Assembly (NCBI GenBank): GCA_040005235.1
Contig: JBDTZG010000004.1
Span: 150,392-214,391, forward strand
Length of the DNA: 64,000 nt
Reading direction: 5' to 3'
Origin: Acidobacteriota bacterium
GTDB lineage: Bacteria; Acidobacteriota; Thermoanaerobaculia; Multivoradales; UBA5704
Shown one piece after another: positions 10,366 through 20,177 of this stretch. Position numbers and translations under genes: made by a program. The notes beneath the pieces are model-generated. The model worked only from the letters and a program-made list of their open reading frames with translations. It had not been told where the DNA came from and ran no database searches. Each line of letters begins with the position of its first letter. Positions within the stretch are counted from its first letter, which is position 1.

Positions 10366-10613
10366 TCTTCCGGCTCGGGGTCGAGGCCGAAATCCAGAGG
10401 CGGAATGCCGAAATAGGCGCAAAGACCCTCGAGAACTGCCGGTGTAAGGATGTCGTCTTCCTCGACTGCCGGGATGGCCATCGAACGCTCTCCCTCAGCG
10501 AGAAAGAGGCCGTATACACCCACCTGTAAGGCCGCTCGGGCCTCTACGCCGTACTCACGTTTGGCCCGCGCCATGAACTGCCTCAAAGTAATTTCCCAGG
10601 GACCTCCAGCCAT
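10362..10613 (-). CDS. Small protein, HicA-like fold suspected
   Basis: Strong GGAGG/GAGG RBS; alpha-beta3-alpha pattern ending IPAVEEDDILTPAVLEGLCAYFGIPPLDF; no His. Confidence 0.55.
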   Translation of the reverse strand: MAGGPWEITLRQFMARAKREYGVEARAALQVGVYGLFLAEGERSMAIPAVEEDDILTPAVLEGLCAYFGIPPLDFGLDPEPED

Positions 10614-10627
10614 TCGCCTCTCCCTCC

Positions 10628-10662
10628 CTCTTGAGGCTTGAACTTAGTAGGAACCTCAAGAG
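10628..10662. promoter_or_regulatory. Perfect 9-bp inverted repeat between divergent genes
   Basis: CTCTTGAGG-N17-CCTCAAGAG. Confidence 0.45.
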
Positions 10663-10711
10663 TCGCGCAAGGGATTGGCCCGAATCCGGAACACTTTTTT
10701 CGGCCTGCACC

Positions 10712-11323
10712 TTGAGCCAGCGCAAACCCCTCCCGCTCCGCTTCTACCGCCGCCCGACCGAGCTCGTCGCCCGTGAGCTGCTCGGTCGGTACATCGTCCG
10801 TGACCTCGAAGGCGACCGCTTGGTCCTCCGCATCGTCGAGACCGAGGCGTATCTCGGGGCTCCCGATCGGGCGAGCCATGCGTGGGGCGGTCGGCGGACG
10901 GCGCGGAAGGAGAGTTTGTACCTGCCCGGCGGGTACGCCTATGTCTATTTCATCTACGGCATGCACTTCTGTCTGAACGTGGTGACCGAAGGGGCGGATC
11001 TCGGCAGTGCGGTTCTGATCCGGGCGGGGGAGCCGGTGGCGGGGGAGGAGCGGATGCTTGCCCTGCGCGGTCTTTCGCGCGCCCGGCCGGGGGATGTTGC
11101 GGGCGGTCCTGGTCGGTTGTGCAAGGCTCTCGGGATCGACCGCGACGACGACGGCGTGCGGTTCGACCGCGGGGCGTTGAAGATCGTCGAGGGCGAGCCG
11201 GTGGGTGAGGCTGAGATCGCCAGCGGGCCGCGCGTGGGGATCGACTATGCCGCGGATGCCGTCTCGTGGCCACTGAGGTTCGCGATACGCGGCAACCCGC
11301 ATGTCTCGCGCCCGCGGCTTTAG
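10712..11323 (+). CDS. mpg: DNA-3-methyladenine glycosylase (MPG/AAG family)
   Basis: RIVETEAY, YVYFIYGMHFCLNVV, SAVLIRA, GPGRLC, GPRVGI; start uncertain (TTG 10712 chosen). Confidence 0.93.
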   Translation: MSQRKPLPLRFYRRPTELVARELLGRYIVRDLEGDRLVLRIVETEAYLGAPDRASHAWGGRRTARKESLYLPGGYAYVYFIYGMHFCLNVVTEGADLGSAVLIRAGEPVAGEERMLALRGLSRARPGDVAGGPGRLCKALGIDRDDDGVRFDRGALKIVEGEPVGEAEIASGPRVGIDYAADAVSWPLRFAIRGNPHVSRPRL

Positions 11324-11327
11324 GAGC

Positions 11328-12494
11328 TTACTTCCCCTTCCCTGCCGACAGCGTGATGTGACCCGCGTTGGCGAGCTTCCAGAACACGAGCAGGGCGTCG
11401 AGCTGGGGCATTGGCGTAATCTTGACGATCGCCTGGATGTCGTAACCGCCGGTGATGCGGGTGAGCATGAAGCCTTCCTGCGGCGAGATCTTCAGGGTCT
11501 GCAGCTCTTCCATCTTGCGCGCCAGTTTGGGCACCGAGGTGAGGCTTACGCCCGCGAGCTCGACGGCGTCTCGGACTTTTCGTTCTCCGTCGCGCAACGC
11601 GATCTCGGTGTCTCGCTTGTCCGGCTCCAGGCTCCGGGCCGCGCGCAGGTGGCGGAGCGCCAGCTCGTACTCCTTGTCTTCGAGGTAGCGCTGAGCGGCG
11701 GCCAGGAGCTGCGAGAAATCGATCGTGCCGTTGGCGCTCGGCGCCGACAGGGCCGGGAAGCGTCCCGTCATGGCGCTGTTGGGCCCTCCTACCCAGCGCG
11801 GCTTGACCACCTTGAGCCGCCCTTCGCGGTACTGGTCGAACAGGACGCGGTAGATGAAGAACTCGGTCGAGTGGGTCTCGCGCTGGATCTCGGCGACCGT
11901 CCGCTCGTCGTCGACGTGTTCGAGAATTTTGCGCTTGCCCGGATCGAGGTCGGTCTCGTCCCACATCGCGATCTGCACCGGGATCACATCCGAGGAGGGG
12001 ATCACCGAGCGCAGCCGGTTCCACTCGTCCACCCGCTGTACCCCTTCGAGGATGATCGCTGTGACATCCAGGTTCATTGGGATCATCGGGTGCTCGGGCA
12101 GCACGTCGTCCAGGAACTTGAAGTCCGCCTCCAGCCAGGTGAAAACGTCGTAGATGCTCTCTTCGGCTTTCACCCGAAGCAGGCGATGGAGGTCCGGCTC
12201 GCCGATCACCCCGGAGTCGACCAGGATGCGGCCGAGCAGGTTGCCGGTCTTGCCCTGCTGCTGGACCGCCTGGGTCAGATCCACCTCGCTGATGAACCCC
12301 TGACCGACCAGGAAATGCCCCAGATACTCCTCCGGCTTGGTCGAAGAGGAGGAGATGACCCGCCCCTCGCGAAAGTAGATCTTCTTCTCGATCTTCTCGC
12401 GCTGGATGTGCAGCGTCCCGGTCTTTTGACTCTGGGAGAGCCACTGCAGCAGCTCGGCGAGCTGCATGGTCTTGAGATTTCCGACGATGCCCAT
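11328..12494 (-). CDS. DUF4388 (PatA N-terminal-like) domain protein with C-terminal TPR-like helices
   Basis: GNLKTMQLAELLQWL..KTGTL, IYFREGRV, LGHFLV/LGRILV, FTWLEADFKF, LEGVQRVDEW. Confidence 0.85.
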   Translation of the reverse strand: MGIVGNLKTMQLAELLQWLSQSQKTGTLHIQREKIEKKIYFREGRVISSSSTKPEEYLGHFLVGQGFISEVDLTQAVQQQGKTGNLLGRILVDSGVIGEPDLHRLLRVKAEESIYDVFTWLEADFKFLDDVLPEHPMIPMNLDVTAIILEGVQRVDEWNRLRSVIPSSDVIPVQIAMWDETDLDPGKRKILEHVDDERTVAEIQRETHSTEFFIYRVLFDQYREGRLKVVKPRWVGGPNSAMTGRFPALSAPSANGTIDFSQLLAAAQRYLEDKEYELALRHLRAARSLEPDKRDTEIALRDGERKVRDAVELAGVSLTSVPKLARKMEELQTLKISPQEGFMLTRITGGYDIQAIVKITPMPQLDALLVFWKLANAGHITLSAGKGK

Positions 12495-12791
12495 GGCGGT
12501 TGGCTTGCGGCTGATTATAGTTCTGGGGTTCCTGGAAACTCCCGCCGTTTCACCCTAGCGGGAACGGTGCGCGCACTTCGGATCGTTCCCGGAGCCTGCG
12601 AACCCTATAGGAAACCCGGCCGTTCGGTCATCTTCCAGGCCGCGGCGCCAGGGATTCATAGCATCTCCGTAACTTCTCGACGCGGTCGCTCGCCCAGAAC
12701 CCTAGAGAACTTTCCGGACAAGGCGGCGATCCCGGCGCGGTCGCCGATCGCAGGATTGACTGCGGACGGCGCCACCGCTCGGGGGTTCGTC

Positions 12792-15700
12792 ATGCTTTGT
12801 CAGCGACCGCTCATCCGGCTTCGGATCGCCCTGTTCGCGCTCGTCTTCGCCACGTTCGGGTTCGGACCGACGTTGCCGGGAACGGCTCAGACCTGCTGGG
12901 TGTACACCGACACCGAGATCGCCAAGGCGCCGATCATCTGTGTCGACAAGAGCGATCTGTCGACCCCCTGCGCTTGGCCGACCGACTGTACGACCATTCC
13001 CGCGGCGGCGCCGCAGACCATCCGCCGGATGCACGAGATCTGGCATCAATGTTTTGGCAACGTCGGAGGCTCGACCCCTCCGGCCGGTCGGAGCCAGCGC
13101 TGGTACGCCTTCCATCGCCAGTTCGAGACGGATTTCAACGTCTGGCGCAGGGACATCGGGATCTCGCCGATCGAGCAGCTGGAGTGGTGCCCGAACATGA
13201 ATCTGCCGATCGGCACCGGGCCGGCGAATCCGGCCGGGTCCTCCTGCGGCGTCGGCACGCCGCGACCCGCCAATCGCCCTTGCCCCGGGTGCGTCGCCTT
13301 TCCTCAATGTTTGTTTCATGCGGGGGGCGGGCCGATCGCCTGCCCCGGGGCGCCGAGCGCCAGTTGCACCACGCCGGACGGCATGGTCACCTTCCCCTAC
13401 ACTTCGCTCGAACAGTTCCCCAACGTCGACGAGGTGGCAAAGATCCTGGACGGCCAGTTTCACGGCATCATGCACGGCGCGGTGGCGGTCGCGAATCGCA
13501 CGTCCGCCGACGGGTGCGATCCGCCGCTCCACAACTCGGGGTGCTTCAATCTCGATTCCTTGGGCAGCGCCTGCTCGCCGCGCGATCCGATGTTCTGGCG
13601 CCTTCACCATGCCCTCGACGACGTGGTCCGCGCCTGGCAGGATCGCAAGGCGGTCGACGTAGTCGTGGTGGTCGACCGGTCGGGCAGCATGAGCGATCCC
13701 GATTCGTCGGGCTCGACCAAGCTTCAGGCCGCGCTCGCGGCGCTCGACAATTTCGGCGATCTTCTCGAAGATTCGCGCTCCGACGGCCAGACCAACCGGA
13801 TCGGCGTCGTCTCCTACTCGGACAGTGCCTCCACCAACTTGAACCTGACGGTCGCGGGATCCGGCCTGCGCGGGCCGGGCGGGCCGCTGCCGATGGCCAT
13901 CTCCGCCATTTCGGGGGGAGGTCCCGGCGGCTGCACGGGCATCGGCTCCGCGCTCCAGAGAGCGGTCGAGATGCTCTGCCCGCCCGGCGACTGCCGCGGC
14001 TTCTCGGCTTCCGGCGACAACGACCGCAAGGCGATCCTCCTGCTCACCGACGGGGTGGAAAACATCGCCCCGTGCTTGAAGCCGGCGGGGGCTTCGGGCT
14101 CGTCCTGCGGCACCCAGTGTTTCGGCGCCCCGTTCGATCTCGAAAAGCTCGAATTCACCCAGCTGGTCGCCGTCGGCTTCGGCAACACCTCGAATTTGAA
14201 CGGCCCGCTGCTCACCCTGGTCGCCGAGCGCCAAGGAGGCATCTACCTCCAGAACCCCAACGGCCCGGCCGACGATCTCAAGGACTTCTTCGCCAAGGCG
14301 TTCGGCAACCTGTCGGACGAGTTCCTGCTGCTCGATCCCAAGGGCACCCTGGCCACGGGCGACGCGGCCTCGCCGCCGGTCGAATATACGGGGTGCGCCG
14401 ACTCGAAGCTCACCTTTACCTCCGGCTGGAACGAAGCCCTGCCTCCCGGCGCTCTGCGCCTGCTGGTGACCAGCCCGACCGGCGATCTGGTGCGCGCGAG
14501 CGACCCGGGGGTCGAAGCCTCGCGCCAGGCGCTGTGGGATTTCTCTCGTCTCCGCCTGCCGTATCGCGGCGCGGTCTCCGGCACCTGGCGGGCGCAGCTG
14601 GTCCGGCCGCACAGCGCCTACGTGAACGGCTTCGCGCCCGATGCATTTGCCGATCCCGACGCCGGCGCGCAGTTGGTCCGGCGCGAGATCCAGCGGCTTT
14701 GCCCGGACGGTTGCGCCCGCACGCTGCTCTTCGAGGCGGGCCTTCGGGGTTTCCGTTCGACCTACCGCGAAGCAGTGCGCGCCGAAAAGCTGGCCGGCCT
14801 GCTCGGGACGGTGACGGTGGTGCGCGACGATCACGATCTTGCGACGCGCGTCGCCCACGGCGGCGTCGACCTGGTGGTCTACGCCCAGATGGGGAAGGAT
14901 CAGGTGCGCGCCTACGATCGGTATCTTGCCCGGTTCGTCTGCGCCGGGGGGAGGGCGATTCTGTCCGACGTCCGGGCCAGGAACCGCATGCCGCTGTTTA
15001 AATGCGCCGGGGCCGAGGCGGTCGGACCGCGGAATTGGCAACAGATCCACGACGGCGACCTGATCGCGGCGCCGCTCAAGCTGGTCAACCCGGGCTACCC
15101 GGTCTTCTCCTATGCGGTGGCCGGGGCGAGCCTTCAGGCCTTCGTCGACCGGCCGGTGGCCGCGGTCGCCGCGCGGGTCGTCCAAGGCAAAGCCGTCCGC
15201 TGGTTCGTCGACGTGCTCGGAACGACGCTCGCGAAACTCTCCCCCCATCGCCGCGAAACCGATTGGCGGACCGGTTCCACCCCCATCGTCTCGGCGCGCG
15301 TGCTGCCGTCCTACATTCGATCCGGAGGCTGGGACCGGGTGGACGCACGGGTCGAGGTCGAATACCCGAAGGTCGGCGAAGGCACGCTCCTCGCGCAGAC
15401 CGGCCTGCGCGGTCCGCGAAAAGTGAAAGGCGAGACGATCGATCCGCGCGCCGTGGCGCTTTCGACGATCCAGGTACCGACCGGCTTCCAGACCTTTCCG
15501 TTGTTCGACGACGGCGCGAACGCGGATCTCAATCCGGGCAACGGCGTCTGGAGCGGCGAGCTGACCGGGCTCGGCCGTACCGACGGGATCTACAAGCTGC
15601 GCTATCTGTTCGACTTCACCGCCGGGGGTTGCACCACCCACCGCGAGCTGACCGAATCGATGTATGTCGAGCTGGGGGTCGATCCGCGCGGGACCAACGT

Positions 15701-16355
15701 GCGCAACGAGCCGCAACGCCAGCCCGACGGCTCGATCGTCAACCGGATCTCGATCACGCCGGCCGACCTGGGAGGACACCTGCTCGGCCCGGGTCGAACC
15801 GGTGCGGTCTCCTGCCGGCCTGCCGCGACCTGCAAGATCTCCCGGGATCTCCAGGATGACGGCAAGGGGACCTACGCACTCGAAGTGGTCACCGCGCCGG
15901 GCGCTGCCGGAGTGCGGCTCGCCGCGTTCGGCGCCGACCTGGACGTGGCGGTCCCTTGCGACGGTTGCCCGCGTCTCGCCGAGATCGCGATCGAACCGGG
16001 CCAGGTGGTCAATCAACAGCCGGCGCGCGGGAGGGTGAAGCTCTCGGGGAAAGCGCCCGCCAACCGGGCGGGTGGCGCCGTGATCTATCTGTCGAGCGAT
16101 TTACGCCGCGTAGCCGCAGTGCCGGAAAGCGTCTTGGTGCCGGCGGGGCAGACGGAGGCGACCTTTCCGGTAACCGTCTTCCACGTGCATGAGGAGCCCG
16201 AGACGGTGACCGTCGAGGCGGTCTACGGCGCGGATCGAAAGAAGGCGAAGATCACGGTGTCCGAGCCCGCCGTCGATCCGAACGCGCCGTGGCAGCCCGC
16301 GACGATCCCGGGCGGGTACGACCCTCACGACCATCATCACGGGCACGACGAGTAA
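12792..16355 (+). CDS. Secreted Cys-rich tyrosinase-like (type-3 copper) + vWA multidomain protein, ~1187 aa
   Basis: Start ATG 12792 with signal peptide; HEIWH...WYAFHRQF (CuA-like), HGIMH...SPRDPMFWRLHH (CuB-like), MIDAS DRSGS..T..LLTDG, LFDDG..DLNPGNGVWSG, tail PHDHHHGHDE. Confidence 0.8.
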   Translation: MLCQRPLIRLRIALFALVFATFGFGPTLPGTAQTCWVYTDTEIAKAPIICVDKSDLSTPCAWPTDCTTIPAAAPQTIRRMHEIWHQCFGNVGGSTPPAGRSQRWYAFHRQFETDFNVWRRDIGISPIEQLEWCPNMNLPIGTGPANPAGSSCGVGTPRPANRPCPGCVAFPQCLFHAGGGPIACPGAPSASCTTPDGMVTFPYTSLEQFPNVDEVAKILDGQFHGIMHGAVAVANRTSADGCDPPLHNSGCFNLDSLGSACSPRDPMFWRLHHALDDVVRAWQDRKAVDVVVVVDRSGSMSDPDSSGSTKLQAALAALDNFGDLLEDSRSDGQTNRIGVVSYSDSASTNLNLTVAGSGLRGPGGPLPMAISAISGGGPGGCTGIGSALQRAVEMLCPPGDCRGFSASGDNDRKAILLLTDGVENIAPCLKPAGASGSSCGTQCFGAPFDLEKLEFTQLVAVGFGNTSNLNGPLLTLVAERQGGIYLQNPNGPADDLKDFFAKAFGNLSDEFLLLDPKGTLATGDAASPPVEYTGCADSKLTFTSGWNEALPPGALRLLVTSPTGDLVRASDPGVEASRQALWDFSRLRLPYRGAVSGTWRAQLVRPHSAYVNGFAPDAFADPDAGAQLVRREIQRLCPDGCARTLLFEAGLRGFRSTYREAVRAEKLAGLLGTVTVVRDDHDLATRVAHGGVDLVVYAQMGKDQVRAYDRYLARFVCAGGRAILSDVRARNRMPLFKCAGAEAVGPRNWQQIHDGDLIAAPLKLVNPGYPVFSYAVAGASLQAFVDRPVAAVAARVVQGKAVRWFVDVLGTTLAKLSPHRRETDWRTGSTPIVSARVLPSYIRSGGWDRVDARVEVEYPKVGEGTLLAQTGLRGPRKVKGETIDPRAVALSTIQVPTGFQTFPLFDDGANADLNPGNGVWSGELTGLGRTDGIYKLRYLFDFTAGGCTTHRELTESMYVELGVDPRGTNVRNEPQRQPDGSIVNRISITPADLGGHLLGPGRTGAVSCRPAATCKISRDLQDDGKGTYALEVVTAPGAAGVRLAAFGADLDVAVPCDGCPRLAEIAIEPGQVVNQQPARGRVKLSGKAPANRAGGAVIYLSSDLRRVAAVPESVLVPAGQTEATFPVTVFHVHEEPETVTVEAVYGADRKKAKITVSEPAVDPNAPWQPATIPGGYDPHDHHHGHDE

Positions 16356-16394
16356 GGGAGCGAAACTCGCGCGGGCGGAGCGGGATGTCCGCTC

Positions 16395-16880
16395 CTACCG
16401 CGCGGGGGTGGTTCCGGTCTGGCCCTGATAGTGAGACGACGAGCCGGGCTCACCGTAAGCCACTTCGGGCTCGGATTCCATAGCGATGAAGATCAGCTGC
16501 GCGATCCGCCGGCCGGCTTCGAGCACGAACGGCGCCGGCCCCAAGTTTTGCAGCTCCAGGGTGATGTTGCCTTCGAACCCAGGGTCGCACCAGCCGGCGA
16601 GCGAGTGGTTGATCCACAAGCGGCCGAGGGTGGACTTGAGCTTCAAATCGCACGCGACCGTGCGCGGTATGCGCACGTATTCGAGCGTCGAAGCGAGGAT
16701 CACCTCGCCCGGGAACAGCTTGACCGCGGAGGAGGTGAACTCCTCCGGGTCGCGCGTCGGGCAGATCCAATGGTCGGAGAGCCGGACGTCGTAGCTCGCC
16801 GAGTTGACCTGGGACGGCTCGAACGGACGGACGCCGTCCGCCATTCCCCATTCGCGAATCCATCGGTCGGGCTTGATCAT
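16395..16880 (-). CDS. dcd: dCTP deaminase
   Basis: SASYDVRL, KSTLGR, DPGFEGNITLEL, RIAQLIF, YQGQ. Confidence 0.92.
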   Translation of the reverse strand: MIKPDRWIREWGMADGVRPFEPSQVNSASYDVRLSDHWICPTRDPEEFTSSAVKLFPGEVILASTLEYVRIPRTVACDLKLKSTLGRLWINHSLAGWCDPGFEGNITLELQNLGPAPFVLEAGRRIAQLIFIAMESEPEVAYGEPGSSSHYQGQTGTTPAR

Positions 16881-16888
16881 CTTCGGTC

Positions 16889-17872
16889 TTAGGTGAAGCT
16901 GACCGGGGTGGTGACCTGCTCGCGGTGAATCGTGTCGACGAAGCGGATGATCCGGCGCTGAAGCGACATGAACAGCGTCGAGGTGCGCGCGCCGCCGCCG
17001 AAGAAACGGACTCCTTTGAGCAGCTCGCCGTCGGTGACGCCGGTCGAGGAGAAGAGGATCTCTTCGCCGGGGGCGAGTTCCTCGGTGCTGTAGATCTTGT
17101 CCGCGTCCATGATGTCCAAGTCCTTCAAACGCTGCTCCTGCGCGGGGTCGAGCGCCTTCAATCGCGCCTGGATCTCGCCGCCCAGGCAGCGCATGGCCGC
17201 CGCGGTGATCACCCCTTCGGGCGCGCCGCCGATTCCCATCACGGCATGGACTCCCGTGCCGCGAACGGCAGCGGCGATCCCGGCCGAAAGGTCGCCGTCG
17301 CCGATCAGGCGAATCCGCGCTCCGGCGCTGCGGATGTCGGAGATCAGCTGCTGGTGGCGCTCGCGATCGAGCACCACGACCGTCAGGTCGCTCACCTTGC
17401 GATTGAACGCGGCGGCGATGTTGCGCAGATTTTCGGCGGGCGGCGCGTCGATGTGGATCGTGCCGCGGGCGGTCTGGCCGACCACGATCTTTTCCATGTA
17501 GACGTCGGGCGCGTGGAGCAGACCGCCGCGCTCCGCCGCCGCGAGCACGGCCACCGCGTCCGGGGCGCCGGTGGCGCAGAGGTTCGTTCCTTCCAGAGGA
17601 TCGACCGCGATGTCGACCTGCGGCGCGCCGGCCTTGCCGCGCGCGGCGCCCAGCTCTTCGCCGACGTAGAGCATCGGCGCCTTGTCGCGCTCGCCCTCGC
17701 CGATCACGATCCGGCCGTCCATTTCGAGCAGATCCATCTCGCGGCGCATCGCTTCGACCGCCACGTGGTCGGAGTGGCTCCGCTCGCCGAAGCCCATGGT
17801 CTTGGCCGCCGCGAGAGCCGCCTGCTCCGTGACGCGGATGAAATCCTGTTCCAGCCGGTGGTCGATGGCCAT
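16889..17872 (-). CDS. glpX: Class II fructose-1,6-bisphosphatase
   Basis: Start ATG 17872 (TGATG coupling); [36 protein letters not shown]. Confidence 0.96.
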   Translation of the reverse strand: MAIDHRLEQDFIRVTEQAALAAAKTMGFGERSHSDHVAVEAMRREMDLLEMDGRIVIGEGERDKAPMLYVGEELGAARGKAGAPQVDIAVDPLEGTNLCATGAPDAVAVLAAAERGGLLHAPDVYMEKIVVGQTARGTIHIDAPPAENLRNIAAAFNRKVSDLTVVVLDRERHQQLISDIRSAGARIRLIGDGDLSAGIAAAVRGTGVHAVMGIGGAPEGVITAAAMRCLGGEIQARLKALDPAQEQRLKDLDIMDADKIYSTEELAPGEEILFSSTGVTDGELLKGVRFFGGGARTSTLFMSLQRRIIRFVDTIHREQVTTPVSFT

Positions 17873-19110
17873 CAGTCTGCGCTCCCGACTTCGACCGGCA
17901 TCGCCACCAAGGGGCGGGGAACTTTTTTCTCCACCAGCGGCGGATTGAACGCCGGAATGCCGGTGATCGACTCGCCGATAATCAGGGCGTGGATGTCGTG
18001 GGTTCCCTCGTAGGTGAAGACCGATTCGATGTTCAACATGTGGCGGATGACCGGATAGTCGTCCACGATGCCGTTGGCGCCCAGGATCTCGCGGGCGATC
18101 CGGGCGCATTCGCGCGCCACCCAGACGTTGTTCCGCTTGCCCAGCGAGATGTGCTGGTGCTTGAGCTTGCCGGAGTCCTTGAGCTTGCCGAGCTGGTAGG
18201 CGAGCAGTTGCCCCTTGGTGATTTCGGAGACCATCCAGACCAGCTTTTCCTGCACCATCTGGTGGCACGCGATCGGCTGCCCGGCGAACTGAATCCGTTC
18301 TTTGGCGTACTCAAGCGCCGTGTAGTAGCACTCCATGGCGGCCCCCAATCCCCCCCAGGCGATGCCGTAGCGCGCCTGGTTCAAGCACATCAACGGGCTC
18401 TTCAAGCCGGTCGAGCCGGGGAGCAGGTTTTCGGCCGGAATCCGGCAATCGTGAAAACCCAGCTCGGAGGTGGTCGAAGCCCGGAGCGAAAACTTGCCGT
18501 GCTGATCGGACGAGGTGAACCCCGGAGTGCCCTTCTCGACCAGAAAGCCGCGCACGCCGTCCTCGGTCTTCGCCCAGACGACCGCGACGTCGGCGAGCGT
18601 GCCGTTGGTGATCCACTGCTTCGAGCCGTTCAGCACCCACTCGTTGCCGACCTTTTTGGCGGTGGTCCGCATGCCGCCCGGGTTCGAGCCGAAATCGGGC
18701 TCGGTCAGGCCAAAGCAGCCGATCGCCTCGCCGGTCGACATCGGCGGAATCCAGCGGTCCTTCTGCTCTTTCGAGCCGAAGGTGTAGATCGGGTACATCA
18801 CCAGCGAGCTTTGGACCGAGACGAAGCTGCGCAACCCCGAGTCGCCGCGCTCCAGCTCCTGCATGATCAGCCCATAGGCGATGTTGTTCAGGCCCGGAAG
18901 GCCATATTCGGAGATCGTCGAGCCGAACAGGTTCATCCGCCCCATCTCGGGCACCAGCTCCAGGGGTGTGCGCCCCTCGCGATGGCACTCTTCGATGATC
19001 GGCTTGACCTTGTCATCCACGAACTCGCGCACGGTATCGCGCGCCATCCGCTCTTCTTCGGATAGGAGGGGATCGAACTCCAGGAAATCGACACCAGGGA
19101 AGCGGGCCAA
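17872..19110 (-). CDS. gcdH: Acyl-CoA dehydrogenase, glutaryl-CoA dehydrogenase-like
   Basis: TTG start 19110 after GAAGGAG; [52 protein letters not shown]. Confidence 0.88.
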   Translation of the reverse strand: MARFPGVDFLEFDPLLSEEERMARDTVREFVDDKVKPIIEECHREGRTPLELVPEMGRMNLFGSTISEYGLPGLNNIAYGLIMQELERGDSGLRSFVSVQSSLVMYPIYTFGSKEQKDRWIPPMSTGEAIGCFGLTEPDFGSNPGGMRTTAKKVGNEWVLNGSKQWITNGTLADVAVVWAKTEDGVRGFLVEKGTPGFTSSDQHGKFSLRASTTSELGFHDCRIPAENLLPGSTGLKSPLMCLNQARYGIAWGGLGAAMECYYTALEYAKERIQFAGQPIACHQMVQEKLVWMVSEITKGQLLAYQLGKLKDSGKLKHQHISLGKRNNVWVARECARIAREILGANGIVDDYPVIRHMLNIESVFTYEGTHDIHALIIGESITGIPAFNPPLVEKKVPRPLVAMPVEVGSAD

Positions 19111-19283
19111 GGGGATTCTCCTTCGCGGGGCGGCGGATCTCGGAAACCCGGGGAGGGCACCTCCCGCGCCGCGATCGTCGGTAATAAGGATAAGGACGCT
19201 TGAGCGTCCGCGGCCCAATGATACCACTCCGGGTGGGCGGGGCCGGCGGGCCCAGCCTGGTTTTCCGGGCCGCCCGCCAGCTC

Positions 19284-19387
19284 GCTTGTCCCGGGACCGC
19301 CGAGCACCAGCTCGGCACCGACGAGGAGCCAAACGTCCGGCGCTTCGAACGCCGCCGAGACGGCAGTGGTCCCGGACAAGCACACCC
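19284..19387. repeat. REP/MITE-like ~100-bp cassette, copy 1
   Basis: Terminal inverted repeats GCTTGTCC...GGACAAGC, internal hairpin GCCGAGC-acca-GCTCGGC; near-identical to 19525-19629. Confidence 0.85.
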
Positions 19388-19524
19388 GAGAGGCATCGCT
19401 GAGTGTCCTGATTCGCCGCGAGCGAAGTCATTCACTCGCGGCGTTCGCTGCTCGTTGCGCCTCTCGAAGCGGCGCTTGGAGGAGGTTGCGGATGCGGAGG
19501 CGGCAACCCAGCCCGCATGCTGAG

Positions 19525-19629
19525 GCTTGTCCTGGGACCGCCGAGCACCAGCTCGGCACCGACGAGGTGCCAAACGTCCGGCGCTTCGAAAGCCGCCGAG
19601 ACGGCGGTGGTCCAAGGACAAGCACACCC
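19525..19629. repeat. REP/MITE-like ~100-bp cassette, copy 2
   Basis: Same terminal repeats and hairpins as copy 1, with a handful of substitutions and one extra base. Confidence 0.85.
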
Positions 19630-19832
19630 ATGGCGAACCGGTTGCCCGTTGCGCCGCATCGCCCTGTTGCGACGCTTTTCTTGGAACGTCGGCGCCCGCG
19701 ATCTCGCGCAAGATCGTTTTCTCGGCCGTGCGCGGCGAATTCGGCCACCGCGCAACCCTTTTTCCCGTTCCCGAAAACACACCTTGGCCTCCGGCGAGCG
19801 CTCCACCGGTCGCCGAGATCGAATGCGTGAAG

Positions 19833-20126
19833 AAAAAGCCCCCTCCGTCCGACACGCGGAACGGTCTTCTGGCAGAAAAGATCCCTGCGCCGGACGCTCG
19901 GAATGGTCTTCCTTCAAAAAAGACCCCTACGCTGGGCCAGCGTAAGGGTCTTTTTCTTCATTTAACCCCTCCGCCGGGCTGGCGGAATGGTCTGTTTGCC
20001 CATTAGATCTTGGCGCCGGACCCGCGCAACGGTCTTTTCTCTGAGAAGACTCTTCCGTCAGGTGAGCGGAACGGTCTTTTCTCTGCGGAAACCTGTCCGC
20101 CGGGCGCGCGGAACAGTCTTTTGGGC
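19833..20126. repeat. Tandem array of 7 imperfectly palindromic 42-bp units
   Basis: CGGAACGGTCTT-like core at 19857, 19899, 19941, 19983, 20025, 20067, 20109 (exact 42-bp period); unit 3 is AAAAAGACCCCTACGCTGGGCCAGCGTAAGGGTCTTTTT. Confidence 0.85.
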
Positions 20127-20177
20127 TGGCGTGACGCTCTTGGGGTTGAGGGAGACGGCTCGGCGGACTCGGAGGGG

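Noticed and set aside
12500-12790. Hairpins in the divergent intergenic region as a possible riboswitch
   Set aside because: No recognisable Rfam consensus by eye; GC-rich DNA folds readily
11301-12791. 5' extension giving a 1684-aa ORF
   Set aside because: It is the antisense shadow of the DUF4388 gene plus intergenic DNA; the signal peptide begins at ATG 12792
12702-16016. 1104-aa antisense ORF and 734-aa alternate-frame ORF
   Set aside because: Stop-poor shadows expected at high GC; Arg/Gly/Pro-rich, no motifs
19284-20126. Possible CRISPR array
   Set aside because: No invariant repeat with unique spacers and no cas genes; reported as other repeat types instead
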